This document shows, in pieces, positions 1 through 9,540 of a DNA stretch of 64,000 nucleotides. Numbering within the stretch: position 1 is the stretch's first letter; each line of letters opens with the position of its first letter. The notes beneath the pieces were generated by a model. It ran no database searches. It saw only the letters and a list, made by a program, of their open reading frames with translations, and had not been told where the DNA came from. The stretch lies in sequence record OM456492.1, one strand, 5' to 3'. Position numbers and translations under genes: made by a program.

Positions 1-117
1 ATCGAGCATCGTGGTGATCAGTTTAACACGATACTGGTCGTCGTTGCTGTAAGAAGCGCTATCACGGACCACGCCTTCTGTACGTGGGTCAAGGGTAGTA
101 GTGTCTTTCTTAGTCAT
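1..117 (-). CDS. Hypothetical protein, 5' part only (MTKKDTTTLDPRTEGVVRDSASYSNDDQY...), runs off the window
   Basis: ATG at 117 with AAGGA SD-like sequence upstream; frame open to the window edge; directly follows the upstream gene stop. Confidence 0.7.
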   Translation of the reverse strand, partial: MTKKDTTTLDPRTEGVVRDSASYSNDDQYRVKLITTMLD

Positions 118-130
118 GAGGAAACAATCC

Positions 131-1429
131 TTAGGTGATGTGGAATTTAGGGATGTACTCTTTAACCACGGTTTCACGACCGTGCATCGCACCCATTGCA
201 GTGGTCATAACGTTCGAGAAGCCGGAAGAGATATCCGCAGCGATTGCCCGTGGCTCTTCTGCTTTGTGTGCAGAGGCGCACGCCGCACAACAGTCTACGT
301 GACCTTGCTGACATAAGATGGGGCGTCGGAGTCGAACAACTTTACCAAATTGAGTTTTCAAATACTCTTCGGTGAGTTGGGTAACCTTACCGTTAATCAT
401 CGCATTCATGCCGACATAACGCTTGTAGTTATACTGGTTAATTACAAGCGCATGGGTCAGTTTTGTCCCGCAATCCCCAGGTACGATTTTGTGGTTCTGG
501 AAAATCATCTGGATGATACGTACCTGCTCACCACCTTTGGCGGTTTCCGCACCACGCATGAAAGAACCTTCACGAGTGTCATTGAATTTCTCAATAAGGT
601 ACTTCATCCCAGTCTGGTCGACTTCCATCAAACTCGTTGGGATTAAGGTAAAGTCTGCCCCTTCTTTAAAAGCGGTCTGAATACCGTACATCAGCATCAG
701 CTTACGGCGTCGCATACGTGCTTTGGGCGAGCTGTAAAACTCAACGGACTGGTCGCCACTCAACCACTCTTTATCAAGTTCGTCGAGAGCTTTTTCAATC
801 ATAACGATAACCGCAGGGTTATCCAGTTCGTCTTTGTGCTTTAACAGCAACGCATCACGCACCTTATACGCATCAGGATGCGTTGTAAGGCTTCTAATAG
901 TACCAGTTGGGGCTATCCCACGACACAGCGGAGCAAGCTCGTGTAGACCCCCTACAAAGCGTCCTATCATGTATGGCCGAATCGCGTCTTCGTTGTCTGG
1001 ATCGGTGTCATCGTATTCCACACATCGTTCGTACATCTCCTCACGGTAGGCTAGCGGGTCACGGGACTCTGCCAGATACGGGAGACGGGTACCGAATGCG
1101 TAATAGATAGCAATCCAGTTAAAGACATAACGACCCACAGTGGTCGGGATAGGGCCAGCTAAGCCTGGATACATCTCAGGACGCAATTCAAACTGCTCTT
1201 CCGGCACGAACAGCTCTTCATCTTTTTTGCACCCTTCAATCGGCACCCACTTGGTTTCTTCGTTTTCCCAGTAGTGGGGCAAGCCGTCAATGTAGTTCAG
1301 GTCATATTGCTCAGGTGGCTCACCTTTTTCATTAAAGATGGCCACGTTGAAAACCGCAATACGCCACACCAGTCTACGCCAGGCTTCTGCATTACACGCA
1401 GCGACCAAGTATTCAATCTTGTTCATCAT
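131..1429 (-). CDS. Virion RNA polymerase beta'-like subunit, middle fragment (phiKZ gp80 / SPN3US gp42-like)
   Basis: Beta'-type motifs RGAETAKGG, GDCGT and LRRPILC..DCCAAC (zinc site); GGAGG SD; phiKZ-like split RNAP organisation. Confidence 0.85.
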   Translation of the reverse strand: MMNKIEYLVAACNAEAWRRLVWRIAVFNVAIFNEKGEPPEQYDLNYIDGLPHYWENEETKWVPIEGCKKDEELFVPEEQFELRPEMYPGLAGPIPTTVGRYVFNWIAIYYAFGTRLPYLAESRDPLAYREEMYERCVEYDDTDPDNEDAIRPYMIGRFVGGLHELAPLCRGIAPTGTIRSLTTHPDAYKVRDALLLKHKDELDNPAVIVMIEKALDELDKEWLSGDQSVEFYSSPKARMRRRKLMLMYGIQTAFKEGADFTLIPTSLMEVDQTGMKYLIEKFNDTREGSFMRGAETAKGGEQVRIIQMIFQNHKIVPGDCGTKLTHALVINQYNYKRYVGMNAMINGKVTQLTEEYLKTQFGKVVRLRRPILCQQGHVDCCAACASAHKAEEPRAIAADISSGFSNVMTTAMGAMHGRETVVKEYIPKFHIT

Positions 1430-2297
1430 CTACCTCCACGTCCCCATTGGCGTATATGACTTTCAACGCTTCCAATCCTTTCCGCAAGATTTCTCCTGCC
1501 GGGACGTTGTCGACGTTCAACAAGGCAAGGTTCTTTTCTAAATCACCGTAAGCCCCGTCAAACTCCGCATGAGGAATAATCGATAAACCTACCGCATACA
1601 TCGTCAACAAGTCAATTTCGCTAATGTCTTCTACGCGAAACTCTAACGACTGCTGCACCACCGTTAAGTCTGGCTCAGCAGGCAGATTCATAAAGACAAA
1701 CGCTGACGGGTTCTCAGGGAACAACCGCAAGTAAGTGACGATACGCTGTTGACGCTCATCGTCGCCGTTTCGTTTCTGGCTTTCCAACGACTCTGCTGCT
1801 AAGAAGTTCTCCATCACGGTAAGCACGCGTGGGCTGACAACGGTAATCAGGTCTTCGAAGTGCAGGTTTTCGTCACCGTAAACATAACGACACATGTTCT
1901 CCAGGATATACTCTGGCGTCTCACCAGAGGAGACAATCCCGTAAAGGGCGTCGCTGTCTTCGAACTCTTCGAAGGCTTCTAACACACCGTGAAGGATGCG
2001 TACGGTTTCTTTCGGTTTCTGGAAGACGATTTGTGGATTAAGTCCGATACCGAGGCGGTTGCCTAATCCAACCGCTACCTTCACGATAATGGATTCCAGA
2101 CGGACAGTTTCGTCCGCGGGGTCAGACAACGGGTTGCTATAAACATCGGATAACGCCACATCGTAACCGTAATCCATACCGAGCGTCACTAAATCTAGCA
2201 TCGGTGCTGCACGACCTTCGTGACGGTTGACTGTCAATACAGCCGCATAGTCGGTATAAATATCAATCATGGCTCTGTTCCATAGTGAAAAGGGCAT
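1413..2297 (-). CDS. Conserved jumbo-phage hypothetical protein, possibly virion (start may be 2270)
   Basis: 294-aa ORF, acidic C-terminus, overlaps the next gene, follows a terminator. Confidence 0.7.
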   Translation of the reverse strand: MPFSLWNRAMIDIYTDYAAVLTVNRHEGRAAPMLDLVTLGMDYGYDVALSDVYSNPLSDPADETVRLESIIVKVAVGLGNRLGIGLNPQIVFQKPKETVRILHGVLEAFEEFEDSDALYGIVSSGETPEYILENMCRYVYGDENLHFEDLITVVSPRVLTVMENFLAAESLESQKRNGDDERQQRIVTYLRLFPENPSAFVFMNLPAEPDLTVVQQSLEFRVEDISEIDLLTMYAVGLSIIPHAEFDGAYGDLEKNLALLNVDNVPAGEILRKGLEALKVIYANGDVEVDDEQD

Positions 2298-2310
2298 TCA
2301 TACCAAGGCG

Positions 2311-2342
2311 AATAAAAAAAAGAAAACGGGGCCGAAGCCCCG
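2311..2342 (-). terminator. Intrinsic terminator
   Basis: CGGGGC-TTCG-GCCCCG hairpin followed by a long T tract on the minus strand. Confidence 0.85.
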
Positions 2343-2350
2343 AATTTCTA

Positions 2351-2722
2351 TTAATGTCCCGTCAGATCTTTCTCCAGCTCCTTTAGCGCACGTTCACCTG
2401 CCACCTGTTCGCCGGCTTTGGCGATAATCGCTTTGCGACGACGGATGTTGTCGAGCATCAGCAGTATCTGCCAGCGGGGACGGTCGAGGAACTCATCTAT
2501 CGACATCCGGTAGTTTTCACCTACTTCTTCACGTAAGTAAGTGGCGTACCAGATATCGTAAAGACTACCGTATACCGGGTTTTCAAAATCCGACAACCCT
2601 ACCTGATGGTCGCCGGTATTAAGAGCCAGTGTACGGTCATACGCTTCCAGAAGCTCGTTATGGGCTTCCTGATACGTAATAGGACGTGTGCTACGCTGCT
2701 TGAAGAGAGAGGTGGTATCCAT
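2351..2722 (-). CDS. Hypothetical protein resembling baseplate/tail assembly chaperone C-termini; possibly expressed as a -1 frameshift fusion with the upstream ORF
   Basis: 123-aa ORF with no clear SD; reading frame open upstream to ~2899; MSIDEFLDRPRWQILLML segment resembles gp51/gpT-like chaperone ends. Confidence 0.65.
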   Translation of the reverse strand: MDTTSLFKQRSTRPITYQEAHNELLEAYDRTLALNTGDHQVGLSDFENPVYGSLYDIWYATYLREEVGENYRMSIDEFLDRPRWQILLMLDNIRRRKAIIAKAGEQVAGERALKELEKDLTGH

Positions 2723-2766
2723 CTTGAGCGTTGTAATGATTTGCTCGGACGGAACGTCTTCCTGGT

Positions 2767-4737
2767 CTAGCCAATATCGGCGTATTGATCCAGCAAGAAT
2801 TTCTGAATCTCGGACACCACTCGAGAGAGCACGAAAAAAACCCTGTCCGGACTGATGGTAACAATACCACGATACAGACCGTCTTTCTCGCCGTGTGTTT
2901 TACCACACGCCGGGCAGCGTTTACCCATGTAACCGAATACCGCTAAACGTGTACGTTCGTTGTATTCAGCAATCGCGTTTTCAAACTGACCAACGTAGAT
3001 ACGGTCGGAAGACAGCTCTTCCAACATCTCAACGATTTTCGCTGTGTCGGTTTCAGTTTGTGGGATAACCTGCATTTCACCGTTTACTTCACGTTGCTCA
3101 TTAACGGTGATAGATTTCACCATGTGAGCGTAGCGCGTTAAGCGACGGGCTTCTGCAGTTAAACGCATATGGGATTCACGTTCACGCTCGGTAGCAAATT
3201 CAGACAGCGCTGCCGTTGTTGACGCGTTAACGTCTTCAATCCACTTCTCAGTGGAGTCAAAGAAGCTACCCAGGGTGGAACGGCCAAATTCAACACGCAC
3301 GTCGTGGTATTCAAATACCGAGGACGGGTCAACCTGATGCGCTGCGATATATTCGCGCTGTTCTGCAATAGAAATCACTGGACGCTCAGTACCGCGTTGA
3401 CGTGCCCACAGTTGTTTCTGCAGGTCGCTAAACAGACCGGAACCGAAACGGATACAGCGTGCGATATTCAGCTTCACATCTTCCTGCTGGTTGCAGCCGT
3501 CTTCGCCACACATCAGCGTCCATGGAATACCAGACGGCCACTTCGCCTGCAACGGACCCAGAATAACCAGCCAGTAGTCAGCCAGATCAATGGTATCCAA
3601 CAGCACCGTACGCAGATCGTTACCCGCACAATCGATGGTTGCTTCGGTAACAAACTGAAGTGCGAATTCAACCATGTGGCGCATGTACACGCCAGAAGAC
3701 GACGACAGCATCAATCCGTAGGTCTGCATACCGATGGTTGCAGTTTCCAGCGTTAGACGCATGTCGAAGTCACAAAGGTCACGTTCATGCGGTGCGCGGA
3801 AGCCCACGTAGATACCTGTGGCCGGCAACCAAACCATGTTCGGAATACCCGACTTACGTACACGACGCAAAGCAGCCAGCGCGCCAGTGTGCATATTGTC
3901 ACGCGGTGCAATAGCACCAGATGCCTTGCCGTCCGGCAACATCACGCGCTGTTCCCAAGCGGTATCACCACGGTCCAGTGCACCCGCGAATGCCGGTACG
4001 CCGTCCTGTAGACGTGGCGGGGTCATGTTCAAAGCACGATAGATGTCGTCGTAAACCTGTTGCTGTTCAGGGCTTTCGAATAGCAGCCGGCCGTCTTTCG
4101 GTGAACGTTTAATGTTACCGAGGAACTTTTGCAGGGAGTCTGCAATGATGTTAGGGTCTTGTTTCAGACCAATCAACATCTTCGACTGTGTCAGAATACG
4201 ATCGGCTTCATCTTCACCCATTTCGGCGGTTTCAGCTAAATGGGTATTACCGAAGTCAATCTCACGCATCTGTTGTTGTTCCGGAACCTTCGGTGCTGCA
4301 TCTTCCATTTCTTTTACAGCCGGCTGTGCCGGTGCAACCGCTTCCGGAGCTTTTGGCTGCGGAGCAGGTTCTACCGTAGGCGCTTTCTCTACTACCGGTT
4401 CCGGGGCACGATGTAGGTGCTCCTGCACCTGTTCAGCAAAAGTCTGAGGTGCCGGTGGTACAGGCGCAGCAGGTTCAGGCAACGCCTCTTCTACAAACGT
4501 CGGACGCTCAAGCTTAGGCTCCGGACGATGGTAGTGTTGGTGATAAACTTCTTCTGCACGGGCAAAAGAAAAATCGGGATTGGCTTGTTTAATAGCCATG
4601 ATGATTGCATCCGAGGTCGCGTCATCAGGCACGGTCGGAAGAATCATCTCTTGTTGGGTAGCAGCCGCCACAGGGGCTGGCTGGTCGGGATTAGGGCGAC
4701 GGGCATTACCCGGACGCTGATCTTGGATCTCAGACAT
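2767..4737 (-). CDS. Conserved jumbo-phage protein with Pro/Ala/Glu-rich N-terminus and CxxC motifs; possible T4 gp26-like assembly chaperone
   Basis: 656-aa ORF, GAGGA SD, low-complexity PAPV/EAP region, CGEDGC and CPACGK motifs. Confidence 0.7.
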   Translation of the reverse strand: MSEIQDQRPGNARRPNPDQPAPVAAATQQEMILPTVPDDATSDAIIMAIKQANPDFSFARAEEVYHQHYHRPEPKLERPTFVEEALPEPAAPVPPAPQTFAEQVQEHLHRAPEPVVEKAPTVEPAPQPKAPEAVAPAQPAVKEMEDAAPKVPEQQQMREIDFGNTHLAETAEMGEDEADRILTQSKMLIGLKQDPNIIADSLQKFLGNIKRSPKDGRLLFESPEQQQVYDDIYRALNMTPPRLQDGVPAFAGALDRGDTAWEQRVMLPDGKASGAIAPRDNMHTGALAALRRVRKSGIPNMVWLPATGIYVGFRAPHERDLCDFDMRLTLETATIGMQTYGLMLSSSSGVYMRHMVEFALQFVTEATIDCAGNDLRTVLLDTIDLADYWLVILGPLQAKWPSGIPWTLMCGEDGCNQQEDVKLNIARCIRFGSGLFSDLQKQLWARQRGTERPVISIAEQREYIAAHQVDPSSVFEYHDVRVEFGRSTLGSFFDSTEKWIEDVNASTTAALSEFATERERESHMRLTAEARRLTRYAHMVKSITVNEQREVNGEMQVIPQTETDTAKIVEMLEELSSDRIYVGQFENAIAEYNERTRLAVFGYMGKRCPACGKTHGEKDGLYRGIVTISPDRVFFVLSRVVSEIQKFLLDQYADIG

Positions 4738-5350
4738 TGGCCGCTTCCTCGGTTTCTACTACAACGTCGTTGTGATCGACGATGGCGTTTTTAGGGAGTT
4801 CTTTCGAATTATTAGCCAGAGCTTCAGCCAACAGAACCTCGGCTTGTTCCACGGTATGGCCGTTATTCAGCGCCTGCTTCACGAACTTCACTTTCGCGTT
4901 ATACGTGGAGAAGATTTCGATACTGGTGCCCTGAATATCCATCGCAAGCATGTTTACCCGCTGGTCAATCAGGGACAGTTCGGTGTGGTCGACGTGGAAC
5001 TGGTCTTTGATTTCTTTCCACGTTTTGCTGTTATCGTTCAGCATGTCAAACACCGGCACAGCCTTAGCATCTGCCTCAACAATCAGTTTACCGAACAGCT
5101 CTTTACCTTGCTGACACATGCCAAGGAAAGCCGCCTGTGCCTCATCCAGCGCTTTCAACGTAAAGGCTTTCAGCTCTTCGTGCGTAATGGCTTCAGTTAC
5201 TTCACGCTCCCGATCAATTTTGCCTGACAGGAATTCGGTACTTTCGATAAACACAGCTTGTTTTTTCAACACAGACTGCATCATAGCCTTGACGAAATCG
5301 CGGGCGTCTTTACGTGGGTTATAAGCGGGTTTCTTTTTGCGACGACTCAT
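4730..5350 (-). CDS. Hypothetical helical protein with basic N-terminus (MSRRKKK)
   Basis: ORF track 4730..5392; AAGGA SD favours ATG 5350; overlaps the next start. Confidence 0.7.
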   Translation of the reverse strand: MSRRKKKPAYNPRKDARDFVKAMMQSVLKKQAVFIESTEFLSGKIDREREVTEAITHEELKAFTLKALDEAQAAFLGMCQQGKELFGKLIVEADAKAVPVFDMLNDNSKTWKEIKDQFHVDHTELSLIDQRVNMLAMDIQGTSIEIFSTYNAKVKFVKQALNNGHTVEQAEVLLAEALANNSKELPKNAIVDHNDVVVETEEAANV

Positions 5351-5410
5351 CGTAATAATCCTTTTGAAATTAGGGGTTGGGTGTATACACAATATACACC
5401 CAAAACGTGA

Positions 5411-5794
5411 TTAACTTGCATCGTGTGGAACAGTCACCCAATCGTGCCATTTTTCAGAGTAAAGACGATAAGCCATCTTTGGATTCTGATCGACACTACC
5501 GGCCGGGTTCTCATTCCACAACACGTACGTATATAACTCGTACGACGAAGTGTTACGGATACTTGACGTGCGGGTGACGTAATACGTCAACCCGCGTTGG
5601 TTAAGGAACAGGCCGCTGTAATGTTCAGTGACCATGTAGTAATGAAACGCCTGGTTGATAGTGGCGTCGGTACAGAGTTTCTTAGCGACGTCTTCTACGC
5701 CGGGATACGCCTTTAGAATGTTTTCGAGAAAACTTGCTAAAGTCATTCCGATGTAGGGTGGCAGCGGCTCTGCTGGACGCGGCGGAGTGAGCAT
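5411..5794 (-). CDS. Hypothetical protein (127 aa), possibly virion
   Basis: ATG with AAGGA SD; overlaps the helicase 3' end. Confidence 0.65.
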   Translation of the reverse strand: MLTPPRPAEPLPPYIGMTLASFLENILKAYPGVEDVAKKLCTDATINQAFHYYMVTEHYSGLFLNQRGLTYYVTRTSSIRNTSSYELYTYVLWNENPAGSVDQNPKMAYRLYSEKWHDWVTVPHDAS

Positions 5795-7388
5795 GTGATT
5801 TCCTTACAACGTAGGGGGATGTCGCGATACGGAACGACAATACGACATCCTTGAGTGATTTCTGGCGGGCATTCAGGTAATTGCAATGCTTCGGTACGTT
5901 ATACGCATGGAATAACCACACCGTTGGGTCTATTTCACCCCATTCGTTGTGGAGAATCTTACGTGGACGACCGGCCATCTGTTCGTTCAGTTGCTGATCT
6001 TCTACCGGGGTTGAAATGTACATGTGTACCAACCCAGGTTTATCGACCGCAGTCCCCGCTTTCCCCGGTGTGGAGATAGAGAAGTCTGCTTGGATAAAGT
6101 CGTCATACGAATCGCCTGCATTATATTTCGCCACCATCAGTGGATGGAATACAGGGTCACGCGATAACTTATCTTTCACATACTCGGTAAAGAACTCACA
6201 CATCGCTACCGTAGCAAAGAGTATCAAACATTTTTGGCCAGGTTGATACCGTTTAAGGAACGATTTCTCAACCACATCCCAGATCATGTTTGCGTATTCT
6301 AAATGCAAGTTCTCTTTAATCAGCTTCCCTTCGAAGAGTTTGTGGTTATACGGCGTCATCTTCGATGCCCACCACGCAAACTTCTTATCATCCAGTCGAT
6401 AGTACAACGCCTTCACGTCAACCACCGGAATGATTGGAATACTGATTCGGTACTCCATTGGGAAACGTTCTAAATACCGCTCCGCGATAAAGGCTTTACT
6501 GCTACCCGGCTTAAGGGTTGCAGACATCTCTATCGATGCCGGAGGGTTCAACATTATACCAGCCATGTAAACGAGGTGAAAATGCTCGTGCACCTCATCC
6601 ATCGCCACCAGACCCACACCCAGAACATCATAAAACGTATCCAGGTCCACAGGGTTAGTCGCAGCAGTGTTAATGTACTCCTTCAGGAAACGCTGTAGAG
6701 AGACCGTGGGGAGGATTATTACCTTAATACCACGACTATCTAGCTCTCCCGACTTACCCATCTCCAGCGCGTCGTAAATCGCCTGTACGCCTGTACAAAC
6801 TAACACCTCGTCACGAAGTATACGAAGTCCTGTTTCATCATCACAGACGTCAAACAGCCATTTGGGAACGTACGACGGACGGTGAATCAATGCGGTACGG
6901 GTTCCCCGTTTAACCATCGACTTCATACACGACTTCGTCTTCCCACGACCTGTCTGAATGGCAAAGATTGTCTGTGGTCGGTTTGGATCGGACGCTGCAT
7001 CCACAACCTCGTTCTGATAGTAAAAACGCGACTCCGGATCGCTTTCTACCATCGAGAAGCCGTAGTTATCAAATGTACAGCAGTAAGGTGTTCCTCGCTC
7101 AGGATGGTGCTCTGTCAGCTTGTACTGAAAAGCATATTCAATTGCTGCTCGTTGGAGGATATGTTTAATCTTCTCAGCGAACACTTTATGGAAAATGAAC
7201 GTCCTTAAAGACGGAATGTGTGCGTAGTACGCGTCACCGCGTTCCGTAGTTATTCGTCCATGTTGCTTGCCCATCTTTGGGGCGTGCATATTCTCTTCGG
7301 CCCACGCGAGTATGGCCCTTTCAGCCTGGCGGATAGGGACTTCAACCCGTACCCCCATACTCGTGTAAGTCATTTGAATTTCTACCAT
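5682..7388 (-). CDS. Superfamily 2 (DExH) helicase (phiKZ gp75-like)
   Basis: Walker A IQTGRGKT, Walker B DEVH, motif III SAT; GAGGGG SD before ATG 7388. Confidence 0.9.
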   Translation of the reverse strand: MVEIQMTYTSMGVRVEVPIRQAERAILAWAEENMHAPKMGKQHGRITTERGDAYYAHIPSLRTFIFHKVFAEKIKHILQRAAIEYAFQYKLTEHHPERGTPYCCTFDNYGFSMVESDPESRFYYQNEVVDAASDPNRPQTIFAIQTGRGKTKSCMKSMVKRGTRTALIHRPSYVPKWLFDVCDDETGLRILRDEVLVCTGVQAIYDALEMGKSGELDSRGIKVIILPTVSLQRFLKEYINTAATNPVDLDTFYDVLGVGLVAMDEVHEHFHLVYMAGIMLNPPASIEMSATLKPGSSKAFIAERYLERFPMEYRISIPIIPVVDVKALYYRLDDKKFAWWASKMTPYNHKLFEGKLIKENLHLEYANMIWDVVEKSFLKRYQPGQKCLILFATVAMCEFFTEYVKDKLSRDPVFHPLMVAKYNAGDSYDDFIQADFSISTPGKAGTAVDKPGLVHMYISTPVEDQQLNEQMAGRPRKILHNEWGEIDPTVWLFHAYNVPKHCNYLNARQKSLKDVVLSFRIATSPYVVRKSHAHSAASSRAAATLHRNDFSKFSRKHSKGVSRRRRRR

Positions 7389-7405
7389 GCTGCCCCTCTT
7401 CGCAC

Positions 7406-7431
7406 AAAAAAAGAGGGGCGCAAGGCCCCTC
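7406..7431 (-). terminator. Intrinsic terminator between RNAP beta' and helicase
   Basis: GAGGGGC stem hairpin followed by T7 on the minus strand. Confidence 0.75.
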
Positions 7432-7434
7432 GGT

Positions 7435-9540
7435 TTACAACTCAATTACCACAGCGGCTCCTAGGTCATCGTACAACGATGCCGGGATTTTGTACTCGGT
7501 ATAAAAACCAACGCGATCGATATTCCCCTGCTGTCCTTCAAACAACAACATCGGAATTGCCGAGCGCAAACTAATGAGCGTGTTGTGATCGACAAACCGT
7601 TTCCCGGTGGCATTAGTAGAATCCTCACTGTCAAATCCTACTGCCGGGAACGGATTGGTCGGTGACTCTACACGAGATATCGCCAACATAATCGCAATAT
7701 GCGTCATCGGTATACCACTCAGCTTACGCTGGATATACTTAAACGTGTCCATCAATGCATAAGTACACTGTTTCTCTGTAGCACCACCCATTTCAACCAA
7801 CGTTACCGGTTTCACACGACCTTGCTTCTTGTTCAGCTTCACAGTCGAGGCTGTGTTGATGATTTCCACAATGTCTTCGTTCTTATCTGCAGCAATCGAA
7901 CGGAGCTTGGTTTCTAAGCCGGCTACGAACTCTGCCATCGATTCAGAACGGTTGGTGTAGACCAGGACCGGGTGTTTCGGGTTCCATCCTTTTAAGGGGA
8001 TTTCTACCGTCTTCTTCTCGATACGAATGTTCGCTCGTTGTTTCAAGAAGTAGTGCAGGAACGGTTTAGAGAAGTTCCCACAAACACCCATTCGCACATC
8101 GATAGAATCCGCAGCGATTATCTGCCCATCTTCTAAACGACGTTGGAAAGTTAAGTCGGTGATTTCTGGTAATGCCGTTTCATCAATCGCATCGAGATCT
8201 TCATGATACGCAATCTGGCTCAGCTCCGAATAAACTTTGTCGGTAACAACCAACTCGTATTCTGACCAATTCCCACGCTGTGGTTTTGGCAGCAAGCACA
8301 ACCCTTTCAGAGAGTTATGTTTGTATTCGGTCATATACTCACGCATACGTGGGGTGAGTACCAGGTTGAGCAGATAACGCAAGAAGTCAAGGTGCTTGGT
8401 GGAGAGAATTCCCTGTGTACCCTTTTCCGAGATGGACGTGGATGCCAGGTGACCCGGCGACGTACCTTCGGAGAGATTATAAATCAAATCCCCCATACAG
8501 GTCGCACAGATGGACTGATTCGCCATCTCTTTACAGGTCATGGCACTACGGAAGACCAGCGGTTTACCAACCAGGTCAGCGTATCCACCTTTCTCAAATC
8601 GCAACCACGGACCGTTATCGCCCTCTAAACGATAACGCATTCCCACCATCGCTTTATAGGCACGCTCATCCAGCTGCGTATCCTTAAACGTGTAGCGGTG
8701 TGCGTGAGTTGTACCGCAGTCGTCGTACGTGAAGTACATCAGTACGTTTGCTGCCAGCTGCAGTTTACGTGAGGCGTATTCTGCTTCGGCAATCTTGTCA
8801 GTGTTGTACAAGTGGGAACGTGAAGTTGCACCGGATTCTTTCAAACGCGAAATAACCGAATGCATCCCGGTAAAGAAGCCTTCCCACACCTGATTGGTGT
8901 ATACGCGCGAGTCAATTTCTGACGTTTTGCCGCGCACGAACGCTTGCAGTACCTGGTTCATCTTCACGGTACCGTCCAGTACCGACATTACGACTGGGTT
9001 ATACCGCAGCGCAGGGTCTTTGAAGATTTTCTCGATAAGCTTATACGCTTCTTCAACCATATCCTGACCATCTTCATCGTAGCCAGTAGGATACTGCACT
9101 TCCCACTGACGGATGAGTTCGAAGTTCGGGTGGTCGTAGATCTCCATCATCGTATCAAAGTCGATTGTCGTACAATAGGACAGCAAGTTCTTCACTGTCA
9201 TGTTGAACGCATCGGCGTAGACATGTTGACTCAGGATATAACGCGTTTCAGCAAGGTCGACACCTGCTTTACGGGCCAGTACCGCTGCTTCCGACATAAA
9301 GTCCAGATGCAGGTCATCTGTTGCTACCTGACCTGGACGATACGCCATGGTCGATGGAGTGGGCACCTGCGGATACAGACGCGACACACCCCAATACGGC
9401 CAGCTGAGTTTGATGTGGCGACTAGACATTTCCAACGACTTACCATCGTCGAATGTCACGTAATAACGCCCGCGTAGTTTCCACACCTGATCAGAGTTAA
9501 GCATACGCAAATCACGTACGTGTACAGAACGACCCGCCAT
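7435..9540 (-). CDS. Non-virion RNA polymerase beta'-like subunit, C-terminal part (phiKZ gp74-like)
   Basis: DDCGT motif, RSAMTC..ICATCMG zinc site, trigger-loop-like SEKGTQGILSTKH; adjacent to the beta-like subunit. Confidence 0.88.
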   Translation of the reverse strand: MAGRSVHVRDLRMLNSDQVWKLRGRYYVTFDDGKSLEMSSRHIKLSWPYWGVSRLYPQVPTPSTMAYRPGQVATDDLHLDFMSEAAVLARKAGVDLAETRYILSQHVYADAFNMTVKNLLSYCTTIDFDTMMEIYDHPNFELIRQWEVQYPTGYDEDGQDMVEEAYKLIEKIFKDPALRYNPVVMSVLDGTVKMNQVLQAFVRGKTSEIDSRVYTNQVWEGFFTGMHSVISRLKESGATSRSHLYNTDKIAEAEYASRKLQLAANVLMYFTYDDCGTTHAHRYTFKDTQLDERAYKAMVGMRYRLEGDNGPWLRFEKGGYADLVGKPLVFRSAMTCKEMANQSICATCMGDLIYNLSEGTSPGHLASTSISEKGTQGILSTKHLDFLRYLLNLVLTPRMREYMTEYKHNSLKGLCLLPKPQRGNWSEYELVVTDKVYSELSQIAYHEDLDAIDETALPEITDLTFQRRLEDGQIIAADSIDVRMGVCGNFSKPFLHYFLKQRANIRIEKKTVEIPLKGWNPKHPVLVYTNRSESMAEFVAGLETKLRSIAADKNEDIVEIINTASTVKLNKKQGRVKPVTLVEMGGATEKQCTYALMDTFKYIQRKLSGIPMTHIAIMLAISRVESPTNPFPAVGFDSEDSTNATGKRFVDHNTLISLRSAIPMLLFEGQQGNIDRVGFYTEYKIPASLYDDLGAAVVIEL

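Noticed and set aside
2691-2906. 71-aa ORF as a +1 frameshift partner
   Set aside because: It ends at 2691 without joining the downstream gene; only the -1 frame is contiguous.
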